A stretch of 64,000 nt of DNA from Hydrurus foetidus. Lineage: Eukaryota. This document shows positions 9,378 through 19,969 of the stretch, in pieces. Positions within the stretch are counted from its first letter, which is position 1. The number at the start of each line of letters is the position of its first letter. The stretch is from positions 62,001 through 126,000 of the forward strand of contig UYFQ01000839.1 of NCBI GenBank assembly GCA_900617105.1. The letters are read 5' to 3'. The notes below the pieces were generated by a model, which saw only the letters and a program-made list of their open reading frames with translations, was not told the DNA's origin and made no database searches. Position numbers and translations under genes: made by a program.

Positions 9378-10160
9378 ATGGCCTATGCGCCGTTCAATCT
9401 GGCCGGCAAGGTCGCGCTCGTCACCGGCGGCAATCGCGGCATCGGCCTGGGCATGGCCAGCGCGATGGCCCAGGCGGGCGCCGACATCGTCATCTGGGGC
9501 TCCAACGCCGAGCGCAATCAGATCGCCGAGGGCGAGCTGCTGAAGCACGGCGTGCGGGTCAAGGCCCAGACGGTCGATGTCTCCGACGAGACCCAGGTGG
9601 CGCAGGCCATGGTCGAGGCGGTCGAGGCCATGGGCCGGATCGACTCGGTGTTCGCCAATGCCGGCGTGGGCTTTGGCTCGCCGTCCTTCGTGGACATGCA
9701 GACCGAGACCTATCGCAAGGTGCTGGCGGTCAATCTGGACGGCGTGTTCTTCACCCTGCGCGAGGCCTGCCGCCACATGGTGGATCGCGCCAAGTCGGGT
9801 GATCCGGGCGGCTCGCTGGTCGGCATCGCCTCGCTGGCCGCCATCGAGGGCGCGGCCCGCAACGAGGCCTATGCCGCGACCAAGGGCGCGGTGATCTCGA
9901 TGATCAAGTCTGTCGCCGTCGAGCACGCCCGCTATGGCGTTCGCGCCAACGCCATCCTGCCCGGCTGGATCGCCACCGACATGACGGCCGGCGCCCAGGG
10001 CAATTCGGCCTTCGCCGAGAAGGTCATCCCCCGGGTCCCGGCCCGGCGCTGGGGCGAGCCGGCCGACTTTGGCGGCATGGCGGTCTATCTGGCCTCGGAC
10101 GCCTCGAGCTATCACTCGGGCGACACCCTGATCATCGACGGCGGTTATTCGATCTTCTGA
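9378..10160 (+). CDS. Short-chain dehydrogenase/reductase
   Basis: TGGNRGIG, ANAG, YAATK, PGWIATDMT, IDGGY. Confidence 0.9.
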   Translation: MAYAPFNLAGKVALVTGGNRGIGLGMASAMAQAGADIVIWGSNAERNQIAEGELLKHGVRVKAQTVDVSDETQVAQAMVEAVEAMGRIDSVFANAGVGFGSPSFVDMQTETYRKVLAVNLDGVFFTLREACRHMVDRAKSGDPGGSLVGIASLAAIEGAARNEAYAATKGAVISMIKSVAVEHARYGVRANAILPGWIATDMTAGAQGNSAFAEKVIPRVPARRWGEPADFGGMAVYLASDASSYHSGDTLIIDGGYSIF

Positions 10161-10305
10161 TCGCGGACAGTCGCCGGTTGATTTCTGGACTCCGGAGTCG
10201 AAGAAAACCCTTTTGTCGCAGGGGTCTTGCGGAGTCTTGGGCTTGGTGAGAAGCTTTGTCGGAAGGTAGCCTGGACGTCAGATCCGGGCGCGAGGAAACG
10301 AAAAG

Positions 10306-10443
10306 ATGACCCCGCAAGACGTCGTCGCTCTGGCTCCCCCGCGTGGCATGCTGGCCCTGATCGCCATGATGCTGACGGCGATGGCCGCCTGCTTCTTCAC
10401 GACCGAGGCCACCACCGAAGCGGTGCGCAGCGACCGGGTCTGA
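10306..10443 (+). CDS. Putative 45-aa single-pass membrane peptide
   Basis: GAGG RBS, then MTPQDVVALAPPRGMLALIAMMLTAMAACFFTTEATTEAVRSDRV* with high GC3. Confidence 0.5.
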   Translation: MTPQDVVALAPPRGMLALIAMMLTAMAACFFTTEATTEAVRSDRV

Positions 10444-10523
10444 TCCCGCTGACCTCGCGGCACGCTTGCTAGCCTGCCAAGTCGACGCCCATTCTTCCGG
10501 AAAATAATGGGAGGACGGGTTTC

Positions 10524-11489
10524 ATGGCGCTGCATACGCCCCTTTGCGATCTTCTGGACATCGAGCACCCGATCCTGCTGGCCGGCATGGGCGGCGTTTC
10601 CTACGCCCCCTTGGCGGCGGCCGTGTCTAACGCTGGCGGCTATGGCGTGCTGGGCATGGCCGGGACGTCTCCCGACTTCATCCGCGACCAGATGCGCCAG
10701 GTCCGGGCCCTGACCGACCGCCCGTTCGGCGTCGACCTGCTGGCCGCCACCCCCGATGCCCTGACCGACAGCGTCGAGGTCATCATCGCCGAGGGCGCCT
10801 CGTCCTTCATCGCCGGCCTGGGCGTGCCGATGCCGATCATCGCGCGCCTGAAGTCGGCGGGCCTGAAGGTCATGGTCGTCTGCGGCGCCGTGAAACATGC
10901 GGTCAAGGCCGAGCAGGCCGGTTGCGACGCCGTGATCTGCCAGGGCGGCGAGGGCGGCGGCCATACCGGTCTGGTCGGCACCCTGCCTCTGGTGGCCCAG
11001 GCCGTGGACGCCGTGAAGATCCCCGTGGTCGCCGCCGGCGGTCTGCACGACGGCCGGGGTCTGGCCGCGGCCCTGGCCTTGGGCGCCCAGGGCGTCTGGA
11101 TGGGCACGCGGTTCATCGCCTCGACCGAAGCCCATGCCGGCGACCTCTATCGTCAGGCGGTGGTCGATGCGGCCGACGAGGACACTGTTCGCACCCGCTG
11201 CTATTCGGGCAAGCCGATGCGGGTGAAGAAGAACCCCTATGTCGAGGACTGGGAGTCGCGCCCCGCGGACATCCAGGGCTTTCCCCAGCAGGCCATGGTC
11301 TCGATCCGCAATGGCGCCATGGGCGGCATCGGTGGTCAGATCGAGGGGCTGGACAACGATAAGTCGTGCTTCGCCATGGGCCAGAGCGCGGGCGGCATTC
11401 GCGAGGTGCTGCCGGCCGGCGTGATCGTCGAGCAGCTGGTCGCCGAGGCCCGCGCCGCGATCAGCAGGATCGCAGCCCTCAATCGGTAA
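10524..11489 (+). CDS. Nitronate monooxygenase/FabK-like flavoprotein
   Basis: PILLAGMG, QGGEGGGHTG, VAAGGLHDGRG, GVWMGTRF, GQSAGGI. Confidence 0.88.
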   Translation: MALHTPLCDLLDIEHPILLAGMGGVSYAPLAAAVSNAGGYGVLGMAGTSPDFIRDQMRQVRALTDRPFGVDLLAATPDALTDSVEVIIAEGASSFIAGLGVPMPIIARLKSAGLKVMVVCGAVKHAVKAEQAGCDAVICQGGEGGGHTGLVGTLPLVAQAVDAVKIPVVAAGGLHDGRGLAAALALGAQGVWMGTRFIASTEAHAGDLYRQAVVDAADEDTVRTRCYSGKPMRVKKNPYVEDWESRPADIQGFPQQAMVSIRNGAMGGIGGQIEGLDNDKSCFAMGQSAGGIREVLPAGVIVEQLVAEARAAISRIAALNR

Positions 11490-11686
11490 GGTCGACCTCG
11501 GGCCTATGGGGCGCCAGCCGGTCCAGGTCGCGCTGGCGCAGCGCCGGGCTTTCATCGTTGTCCGCCATGATGGATCTTCCGCGACCGTGCAGCGTGCTTG
11601 GCCATAGCGCGCTGGCGGCGCGTTAGTTTCCAATCGACGCGGCGAAGCTTCCAAGGCAGGCTGGAGCGCACCACGGAGAACGCGGC

Positions 11687-12219
11687 ATGCGCACCGGCTA
11701 TGTCCTCAAAACGCGGCTCAGCGAGTACGGGGCCCTGTGGCTGGCGTCCTTTGTGCTGGTCCTGGCCGGCGCCGGCTTTGTCACCTTTGCCCTGGGCGAG
11801 ATCTGATCGAGGTCGCCGACACGGTCCTGCCGATCAGTTTTGCCCTTCTCGGCCTGGCGGTGGTGGTCGGCGTGGGCGTGACCCTCGTCTCGACCGCCAG
11901 CCTGATCGCCAAGTGCCTGGTCACGCTGCTGGCCCTGCTGCTGATCCTGCCCCTGCTGTGGTCGCCGGTTCTGGCGGTGCTGATCATCGCCACGATCGGG
12001 CAGGTCGTGATCGAATATTCGCAGGCCTACGCCCAGTTCCGGATCGTCGTCAGCCAGCTGATCTATCCGGTGGTGGCGATGCTGGTGGAGGGGCCTCTGG
12101 TGGCTGTGGTCTGGAACGCCTTCCAGGTTGTCGCCTCGATCGTCGGCTTCGTAGCGTCGGCCCTGCAGGTCTGGCGCGTGGTCAAGCCGTGGCTGGCGCG
12201 GTCAGCTCTCGAAGCCTGA
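11687..12219 (+). CDS. Hypothetical multi-pass membrane protein, frameshifted
   Basis: GGAG RBS; MRTGYVLKTRLSEYGALWLASFVLVLAG... joins ORF 11737-12219. Confidence 0.6.
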
Positions 12220-12225
12220 GCTTGC

Positions 12226-12435
12226 TTAGCTGAGCAGTGTGGGCGCGGGCAGGGTGGAATCTTCGTCCTGCACGACGAGCAGCACCGGCATGCCGACGCC
12301 GGTCGATTGCTCGGCCAGGCGGGACACTGCCGCAGTCGCCTGATCTTGTGTCGCGTAGTGCCCAAATCGCAGGTGCTCGCCCACGATGGCCCAGTGATCG
12401 CCGACCCGGATGACGCCATAATGCACTTCAGTCAT
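12226..12435 (-). CDS. Small hypothetical protein (69 aa)
   Basis: AGGAGG RBS before MTEVHYGVIRVGDHWAIVGEHLRFGHY. Confidence 0.6.
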   Translation of the reverse strand: MTEVHYGVIRVGDHWAIVGEHLRFGHYATQDQATAAVSRLAEQSTGVGMPVLLVVQDEDSTLPAPTLLS

Positions 12436-12574
12436 GATCGACCTCCTTGCAGTGGGGGTAACCTTGCGCCGATCCATGGCGATCGCAAGGCCCGATACGC
12501 CATCACATCGCCGCAGACTCGCGCGAAGGGCGCGTAGTGGTGACATCAGAGCACGAGCCGGGGATACTGTGACC

Positions 12575-13000
12575 ATGCTTCGCTTGCCTGTCGCCGCCCT
12601 GATCATCGCCTGCATGGCCACCGCCGCCCTCGCCCAGGAGCGCGAGCCGGAAGAGCGCCAGCGCCTGCTGGACCTGGCCTATTCGCTAGGCGAGAGCCAC
12701 GCCCTGCGGCAGACCTGCGAAGGCCTCAACGACCAGTTCTGGCGCTCGCGCATGGTGCGTCTGACCGAGGTGGAGCAGGCCGAACAGGCCTTTGACGCCC
12801 AGCTGCGCGAGCGGTTCAATACCGGCTTCGCCGCGCGTCAGGGTGAGTTTCCGCTGTGCGACGCCGCCAGCCGCAAGGCCGAGCAGCAGTCGGCCCGCAA
12901 GGGTCAGGCCCTGGCTCTGAAGCTCTCGCAATCCATCCGCGTGATCCCGCGTGGCGAGACCGCTCCGGATTCCATGGCGGAGCCCGCCGCCCCGCGCTAA
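12575..13000 (+). CDS. TIGR02301-family secreted protein
   Basis: Signal peptide; LAYSLGESHALRQTC..WRSRM..FNTGF..C pattern. Confidence 0.7.
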   Translation: MLRLPVAALIIACMATAALAQEREPEERQRLLDLAYSLGESHALRQTCEGLNDQFWRSRMVRLTEVEQAEQAFDAQLRERFNTGFAARQGEFPLCDAASRKAEQQSARKGQALALKLSQSIRVIPRGETAPDSMAEPAAPR

Positions 13001-13033
13001 CCTGCGCCTCTTGGTTGTGCAGGGAGCGTCGTC

Positions 13034-14011
13034 TTGGCCTCATTTCTGGTTCCGCTGGTCCTACTGGTCCTGGCGCTTTTCCTGGTCATCAGCGTCATCA
13101 AGATCGTGCCGCAGGGGCGCGAGTTCACGGTCGAGCGGTTCGGCCGCTATACCCGCACCCTCAAGCCCGGCATCAGCATCCTGACCCCCTTCGTCGAGAC
13201 GATCGGCCGGCGGGTCAATATGATGGAGCAGGTGCTGGACGTGCCCCAGCAGGAGGTCATCACCAAGGACAACGTCTCGGTGAAGGTCGACGCCATCGTC
13301 TTCATTCAGGTGATGGACGCCGCCCAGGCCGCCTACAAGGTCGACAACCTGATGTACGCCATCACCCAGCTGGCCCAGACCAACCTGCGCACCGTGGTCG
13401 GTTCGATGGAGCTGGACGAAGTCCTCTCACAGCGCGACCAGATCAACACCCGCCTGCTGTCGACCATCGATCACGCCACCGGTCCCTGGGGCGTCAAGAT
13501 CGCCCGCATCGAGATCAAGGACCTGACCCCGCCGGCCGACATCACCAACGCCATGGCCCGCCAGATGAAGGCCGAGCGCGAGCGCCGCGCCGTCATCACC
13601 GAGGCCGAGGGCGAGAAACAGGCCGCCATCGCCCGCGCCGAGGGCCAGAAGCAGTCGGCCATCCTGCAGGCCGAGGGCCGCAAGGAAGCCGCCTTCCGCG
13701 ATTCCGAGGCCCGCGAGCGGGAAGCCGAGGCCGAGGCCAAGGCGACGGCTTTCGTGTCGGAGGCCATCTCCAAGGGCGACGTCAACGCCATCAACTACTT
13801 CATCGCCCAGAAATATGTTGAAGCGTTCGGCGAGCTGGCCCGCTCGCCCAACGCCAAGACCGTCATCGTCCCCGCCGACTTTGCGGGCCTGACCGGAACG
13901 GTCGCGGGCGTGGCCGAACTGGTCAAGACGCTGGGCGGTTCAAGCGCTGTTGCGCCCACCCCGCCGATTCCGCGCACCAACACGCCGACCGGCGGCGCCA
14001 AGAGGGTCTGA
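13034..14011 (+). CDS. SPFH/Band 7 protein (QmcA-like)
   Basis: [27 protein letters not shown]. Confidence 0.92.
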   Translation: MASFLVPLVLLVLALFLVISVIKIVPQGREFTVERFGRYTRTLKPGISILTPFVETIGRRVNMMEQVLDVPQQEVITKDNVSVKVDAIVFIQVMDAAQAAYKVDNLMYAITQLAQTNLRTVVGSMELDEVLSQRDQINTRLLSTIDHATGPWGVKIARIEIKDLTPPADITNAMARQMKAERERRAVITEAEGEKQAAIARAEGQKQSAILQAEGRKEAAFRDSEAREREAEAEAKATAFVSEAISKGDVNAINYFIAQKYVEAFGELARSPNAKTVIVPADFAGLTGTVAGVAELVKTLGGSSAVAPTPPIPRTNTPTGGAKRV

Positions 14012-14015
14012 GCCG

Positions 14016-14471
14016 ATGGACGCCCTGGCGAGCTTCTATGCGATGCACCCCTTCTGGGTCTGGCTGGCGGTAGCCGCGGTCTTCCTGGCCATCGAGGTCG
14101 GGACCGGCAGCGGCTGGCTGCTGTGGCCGGCGTCGTCCTCGGCCCTGGTCGGCGTGCTGGCCCTGGTCGTGCCGATGAACCTGCCGGTCGAGATCGCCCT
14201 GTTCGCGATCCTGACCATCGCCACCACCTATCTGGCCCGCCGCTTTCTGCGGCCGGTGCTGGAGGGCGATGCGCCCGACCTCAACGACCCGCTGCTGCGC
14301 CTGATCGGCCGCGACGGCGAGGTGCTGTCGACCTTCGAGGCCGGCATGGGTCGGGTGTTTGTCGACGGCAAGGAATGGCAGGCGCGGCTTGACGGCGGTC
14401 CGCCGCTTCCGGGACAGCGCATCCAGGTGGTCGGCGTTGACGGCGCCACCCTAACGGTTCGCGCCTACTAA
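14016..14471 (+). CDS. NfeD-family membrane protein (YbbJ-like)
   Basis: N-terminal TM segments and an OB fold ([12 protein letters not shown]...[11 protein letters not shown]); canonical SPFH partner. Confidence 0.85.
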   Translation: MDALASFYAMHPFWVWLAVAAVFLAIEVGTGSGWLLWPASSSALVGVLALVVPMNLPVEIALFAILTIATTYLARRFLRPVLEGDAPDLNDPLLRLIGRDGEVLSTFEAGMGRVFVDGKEWQARLDGGPPLPGQRIQVVGVDGATLTVRAY

Positions 14472-14571
14472 CTGTCCACGGGCCGAAAGGCGCGTCTGGC
14501 GCCGGGGCGGACGCGTCCCCATCTGGCCGTTACACCGCCGCTTGCATCGCGCGGGATCTTCAGGGGGACCC

Positions 14572-15495
14572 GTGACGGGCATCATATCGGTATCGGGTCT
14601 GACCAAGACCTATGCTTCAGGCCATCAGGCCCTGAAGACTGTGGATCTGGACATCCGTCAGGGCGAGATCTTCGCGCTGCTGGGACCCAACGGGGCCGGC
14701 AAGACCACCCTGATCAGCATCATCTGCGGCATCGTCAATCCCAGCACGGGGACGATCCTGGCCGACGGCCACGACGTGGTGCGCGACTATCGCGCCGCCC
14801 GCAGCAAGATCGGCCTGGTGCCGCAGGAGCTGAACACCGACGCCTTCGAGACCGTCTGGGCGACGACGCGGTTCAGCCGGGGCCTGTTCGGCAAGGCCCC
14901 CAACGACGCCTATATCGAGAAGATCCTGCGCGACCTGTCCCTGTGGGACAAGAAGGACGCCAAGATCATGACGCTGTCGGGCGGCATGAAGCGCCGGGTG
15001 ATGATCGCCAAGGCCCTGAGCCACGAGCCGACCATCCTTTTCCTCGACGAGCCCACCGCCGGCGTCGATGTCGAGCTGCGCCGCGACATGTGGGTGATGG
15101 TCCGCGCCCTGCGCGAAAGCGGCGTCACCATCATCCTGACCACCCACTATATCGAGGAGGCCGAGGAGATGGCCGACCGGATCGGGGTGATCAGCAAGGG
15201 CGAGATCATCCTGGTCGAGGACAAGGATGTGCTGATGCGCAAGCTGGGCAAGAAGCAGCTGACCTTGCAGCTTCAGACCCCGCTGACCGCCGTCCCCGCC
15301 GCCCTGTCCAGCTATCCGCTGGAGCTGGCCAGCGACGGCCACGAACTGATCTACACGTTCGACGCCCAGGCCGAGGAGACCGGCATCGCCGAGCTCCTGC
15401 GCCGCCTCGGTGAACAGGGCGTCGACTTCAAGGACCTGCACACCAGCCAGAGCTCGCTGGAAGATATCTTCGTCAGCCTGGTGCACGCCCGATGA
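14572..15495 (+). CDS. ABC-2 transporter ATPase (YadG-like)
   Basis: [25 protein letters not shown]. Confidence 0.92.
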   Translation: MTGIISVSGLTKTYASGHQALKTVDLDIRQGEIFALLGPNGAGKTTLISIICGIVNPSTGTILADGHDVVRDYRAARSKIGLVPQELNTDAFETVWATTRFSRGLFGKAPNDAYIEKILRDLSLWDKKDAKIMTLSGGMKRRVMIAKALSHEPTILFLDEPTAGVDVELRRDMWVMVRALRESGVTIILTTHYIEEAEEMADRIGVISKGEIILVEDKDVLMRKLGKKQLTLQLQTPLTAVPAALSSYPLELASDGHELIYTFDAQAEETGIAELLRRLGEQGVDFKDLHTSQSSLEDIFVSLVHAR

Positions 15496-16253
15496 ACGTT
15501 CACGCCATCAAGTCCATCTACCGCTTCGAGCTGGCGCGGTGGTTCCGCACCTTGGCCCAGAGCATCCTGGCCCCGGTGATCTCGACCTCGCTGTATTTCG
15601 TGGTGTTCGGCTCGGCGATCGGCTCGCGGATGCAGTCGATCGACGGCGTCAGCTATGGCGCCTTCATCATCCCGGGTCTGGTGATGCTGTCCCTGCTCAG
15701 CGAGAGCATCTCCAACGCCGCGTTCGGCATCTACATGCCCAAATGGGCCGGCACGATCTATGAGCTGCTGTCGGCCCCGGTCTCGTGGATCGAGACGGTG
15801 ATCGGCTATGTCGGTGCCGCCGCCACCAAGTCGGTGCTGCTGGGCCTGCTGATCCTGGCCACCGCCCGGCTGTTCGTGCCGTTCGAGATCGCCCATCCGT
15901 TCGTGATGGCGCTGTTCCTGGTGCTGACAGCGGTGACCTTCAGCCTGTTCGGCTTCGTGATCGGCGTCTGGGCTGACAATTTCCAGAAGCTGCAGATCGT
16001 GCCGGCCCTGATCATCACGCCGCTGACTTTCCTGGGCGGCAGCTTCTATTCGATCAACATGCTGCCCGAGTTCTGGCAGAAGGTGACCCTGTTCAACCCG
16101 GTGGTCTATCTGATCAGCGGCTTCCGCTGGAGCTTCTACGGCGTCTCCGACGTGGGGGTCGGCATCAGCCTGGCCATGACCTGCGTGTTCCTGGCGATCT
16201 GCCTGACAGTGGTGTGGTGGATCTTCAAGACGGGCTATCGGCTGAAGACCTGA
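15492..16253 (+). CDS. ABC-2 transporter permease (YadH-like)
   Basis: Six TM segments, [34 protein letters not shown] overlap with the ATPase. Confidence 0.92.
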   Translation: MNVHAIKSIYRFELARWFRTLAQSILAPVISTSLYFVVFGSAIGSRMQSIDGVSYGAFIIPGLVMLSLLSESISNAAFGIYMPKWAGTIYELLSAPVSWIETVIGYVGAAATKSVLLGLLILATARLFVPFEIAHPFVMALFLVLTAVTFSLFGFVIGVWADNFQKLQIVPALIITPLTFLGGSFYSINMLPEFWQKVTLFNPVVYLISGFRWSFYGVSDVGVGISLAMTCVFLAICLTVVWWIFKTGYRLKT

Positions 16254-16713
16254 GGTCTGGCGAGGGGCCGTCGGTTTCCGCCGGCTCCTCGACCTTCAGG
16301 CCCGTTCGGGGCAACCCCTTGGCGACCATCGAAGCCTCGGCCGTGCGGATCATCGCGCGCTCGCCGTTGAAGGTGGCCAAGGCCTGCCAGGCGTCGAAAA
16401 AGCCGGGGTTGGCGCGGGTGTCGATGGCGGGCTGCACAACGACCAGGTGCAGGTCCCGCGCCTTGAGCCTCTGTATCACCTCCAGCACATCAACCATCGC
16501 GCCGGCCAGGGCATGGAGGCTGAGCACGGCCAGGGTTCCGCTCGGCTCCAGCGCGGCCAGCGCGCGGTCCAGCCCTGGCCGCATGACGCCGCCCGCGAGG
16601 CAGCGGTCGCTGAACACCTCCTGGCAGCCCAGAAGCAGCAGCCGCTCTTCCTGTGGCGGACTGAAAAAGACCCCGCGCACGGGCGGCAGGCGGTAGTAGC
16701 CGACAAGGTTCAT
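16225..16713 (-). CDS. Degenerate serine recombinase (resolvase catalytic-domain) protein
   Basis: [25 protein letters not shown]...ALATF...RT pattern; catalytic residues substituted. Confidence 0.65.
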   Translation of the reverse strand: MNLVGYYRLPPVRGVFFSPPQEERLLLLGCQEVFSDRCLAGGVMRPGLDRALAALEPSGTLAVLSLHALAGAMVDVLEVIQRLKARDLHLVVVQPAIDTRANPGFFDAWQALATFNGERAMIRTAEASMVAKGLPRTGLKVEEPAETDGPSPDLRSSADSPS

Positions 16714-16720
16714 ACCGGCC

Positions 16721-17159
16721 TCAGACCCGCCGTTCGCTCAGGCCCTTGTTGGCCAGTTCATCCGCCCGCTCGTTGAGTGGATGGCCGGCATGACCCTTGA
16801 CCCAGCGCCAGTCGACCTCGTGACGGTTGCGGGCGGCATCCAGCCGTTTCCACAGGTCGTCGTTCTTGACCGGGCTCTTGTCAGCGGTGCGCCAGCCCCG
16901 CGCCTTCCAGCCATGGATCCACTGGGTGACGCCCTTCATCACGTACTGGCTGTCGGTGTGCAGCTCGACCTTGCAGGGCTTGGTCAGGGTTTCCAGGGCC
17001 ATGATGGCCCATCAGCTCCATGCGGTTGTTGGTCGTATGGGCCTCGCCGCCGCAGATCTCTTTCTTCTTTTCGCCGTAGAACATGATCGCGCCCCAGCCG
17101 CCCGGGCCGGGATTTCCCTTACAGGCGCCGTCCGTATAGACGATGACCTTGGGCGTCAT
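16721..17159 (-). CDS. rnhA: Ribonuclease HI, one frameshift
   Basis: [47 protein letters not shown]. Confidence 0.95.
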
Positions 17160-18118
17160 TCGCCGGTTCCGAACAGGGTCAGGCCCTCGCGGTGCACGGC
17201 CAGCTTGCGCTCGTACTCCATGGGATCGTGCGGTTTGACCAGGGCGCCGGCGGGCGTCGCCTTCCAGTCGGCCAGGCGGGTCAGGAAGAACCGCATCGCC
17301 GCGCCCCGCGCCAGGATCGGCAGGGCCTGCTTCTCGACGGGGCTCAGCGGCCGACGGCGCTGATAGCCGGTCAGCAGGGCGGCGGCGGCGGTGGCGTTGA
17401 AACTGCCGTCCTGTTCGAAGCACCAGGCGTTCAGGGTCACGGCCACATCGTAGGCGTAGCTGTCGTCACAGGCGAAATAGAAGTCGATGGCGGCGGCGAA
17501 CCTGCCGTCCGGCCGGAAGAAGACGTTGTCGGGGAAATAGTCGGCGTGGATCACGCCCGACGGCAGGTCGCGCGGCCAGGCCAGGGCCAACTCGGCCAGG
17601 TCCTTTTCGATGGTCGCGGCCAGGCCGGGCTTCAGGTCCTCGGCCCCCTTGCGATGCTTCGAAAACAGCGGCGCCCAATAGGGCTGGCCCAGATCGTTGA
17701 TCCGGCGACCGGGATAGCCTTCGCCCGCCAGATGCAGTTGGGCCAAGCCTTCGCCGGCTTCGCGGCAGTGGGCGACGGTGGGGCGACGCACCGACAGGCC
17801 CGACAGGAACTGCACCAGGGCGGCGGGTTTGCCGCGCAGGGTCTTGAGCGTGCGCCCGGCCCGATCGGCGATCGGCGTGGCGCTGGGAAAGCCGCGATCG
17901 GCCAGCCAGCGCATCAGATTGAGGAAATAGGGCAGGTCTTCCGGCGCGGCGCGCTTTTCATAGACCGTCAGGATGAACCGCCCGGCCTCCGTCTCCAGCA
18001 GGAAGTTTGAGTTCTCCACGCCTTCGGCGATGCCCTTGAACGCCAGGGCTTGCCCCAGGTCGAAGTCGGCCAGGAAGGCGGCGAGTTCTTCGTCGGTGAT
18101 GTCGGTATAGACGGCCAT
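17156..18118 (-). CDS. thrB: Homoserine kinase type II
   Basis: [32 protein letters not shown]. Confidence 0.95.
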   Translation of the reverse strand: MAVYTDITDEELAAFLADFDLGQALAFKGIAEGVENSNFLLETEAGRFILTVYEKRAAPEDLPYFLNLMRWLADRGFPSATPIADRAGRTLKTLRGKPAALVQFLSGLSVRRPTVAHCREAGEGLAQLHLAGEGYPGRRINDLGQPYWAPLFSKHRKGAEDLKPGLAATIEKDLAELALAWPRDLPSGVIHADYFPDNVFFRPDGRFAAAIDFYFACDDSYAYDVAVTLNAWCFEQDGSFNATAAAALLTGYQRRRPLSPVEKQALPILARGAAMRFFLTRLADWKATPAGALVKPHDPMEYERKLAVHREGLTLFGTGE

Positions 18119-18160
18119 GATCGGGGGATGCGGGACCCGACGCTGGCGGTCAAGAGGGCG

Positions 18161-19117
18161 TCAGGTTGTCAGCAGCCTCGGCAGCTTGAAGGTCACCGTT
18201 TCGCGGGCCTCGATCAGGTCCTCGATGGTGACGTCGAAGCGGGCGGCGATGGCGTCGATGACGCCCTGCACCAGATCTTCGGGGGCCGAGGCGCCGGCCG
18301 TCAGGCCCACGCGGGAGACACCCTCGAACCACGACCAGTCCAGGCCGCCGGCGTCATCGATCAGGCGGGCGTCCTTGGCCCCGGCCTTCAGGCCGACCTC
18401 GGCCAGACGCACCGAGTTGGACGAATTGCGCGACCCGACCACCAGCACAAGCTCCGTCCCCTGGGCCAGATGCTTGACCGCATCCTGACGGTTGGTCGTG
18501 GCGTAGCAGATGTCTTCCTTGTGCGGCGCGGCGATGCCGGGGAAGCGGGCCTTGAGCAGGTCGACCATGTCGGCGGTGTCATCGACCGACAGGTGGTCTG
18601 GGTCAGGAAGGCCACATTCGAAGCGTCCTGGGAATCCAGGCCCGGGCGTCGTCGATGTTCTCGATCAGAGTGACGGTGCCTTCGGGAAGTTGGCCCATAG
18701 TGCCGACCACCTCGGGATGACCAGCGTGGCCGATCAGCACGATCTCGCGCCGGAATTGAAATGCTTCTGGGCCTCGACATGGACCTTGGAGACCAGCGGG
18801 CAGGTGGCGTCCAGATAGATCATCTGGCGGGCCTTGGCCTCGGCCGGCACCGACTTGGGCACGCCGTGGGCCGAGAACACGATCGGGCGGTCATCGGGGG
18901 CTTCGGACAGCTCCTCGATGAACACCGCGCCCAGCGCCTTCAGGCGGTCGACGACATGGCGGTTGTGGACGATCTCGTGGCGCACATAGACCGGCGCGCC
19001 GAATTTCTCGATGGCGCGCTCAACGATCTGGATGGCGCGATCGACGCCCGCGCAGAAGCCCCGGGGGCTGGCGAGCACGACGGTGAGCGGCGGACGGACC
19101 GGGGCATGGGCGTTCAT
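18161..19117 (-). CDS. ispH: 4-hydroxy-3-methylbut-2-enyl diphosphate reductase, frameshifted
   Basis: [54 protein letters not shown]. Confidence 0.95.
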
Positions 19118-19279
19118 GGGCAGGAACCTAAGCGTTCGAAGCCCCCGGCGCCAGCACCGCTGCTCAGGTCCGTCCCCAAAGCAGTTGATTGCGACGTCAC
19201 GCATATGCCTTTATCAGGCTGCAGGACGCCGACCGGGCATGCGCCCCTTCAGGCTCCTTCATTTCTGACCGGACGTTTC

Positions 19280-19969
19280 ATGCGCCCTCTTGCGACTGTC
19301 GCCCTCGCGCCCTGATGGCTGTTTCGATCCGCGGCACCGCGACGAGCGTTCATGCCCAGGCCCGTGGTCGCGGCGACCAGGCCAGCAGGACGAAGAGCAG
19401 GCCAGCAAGAAAAAGAAGCGCGACGAGGAGTGGAACCAGTCCAAGGCGCCGCTGGCCCAGCTGCCCAACGCCGGGCCGTGCCCGTTCGTGAAGGTGCTTT
19501 ATGACGCCGGCCGCTACGTCGAGCTCGATGGTGGCGGGACGGCCCGAATGCCGTGGCTTTACAGGCGAGATCCAGGGCATTTCGCCGGTTGCGCCTACAA
19601 GAGCGACGATCCGATCAGCATCCGATGTCGAATCCTGTTCGACCTCGGGCGTGGCCCGCAGGGCGCTGAACCCCAGCGCACCTATCGGTACTGGATCGCC
19701 GTGACGGAACGGAACGAGTCCGTCCTCGCCAAGGAATATTTCGACCTGCCGGTGAACTTCCCGGCGGGCCAGGATCGCGTTTTCGCCACCGAGCAACTGC
19801 AGACCATCACTATCCCGCGCGCTGACGCCAAGGTCAGCGGCGGCAATTTCGAAGTCCTGGTCGGCTTCGACGTGACCCCGGAAATGGCCGCCTTCAACCG
19901 TCCGGCAAGCGCTTCCGGGTCAATGCCGGCCAGACGACGGCCCAAGCAGGGACTCCCAACAAGCAATGA
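19280..19969 (+). CDS. Hypothetical exported protein upstream of argS, frameshifted
   Basis: Signal-like N-terminus; [17 protein letters not shown]...YWIAVT...[12 protein letters not shown] overlap with argS. Confidence 0.6.
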
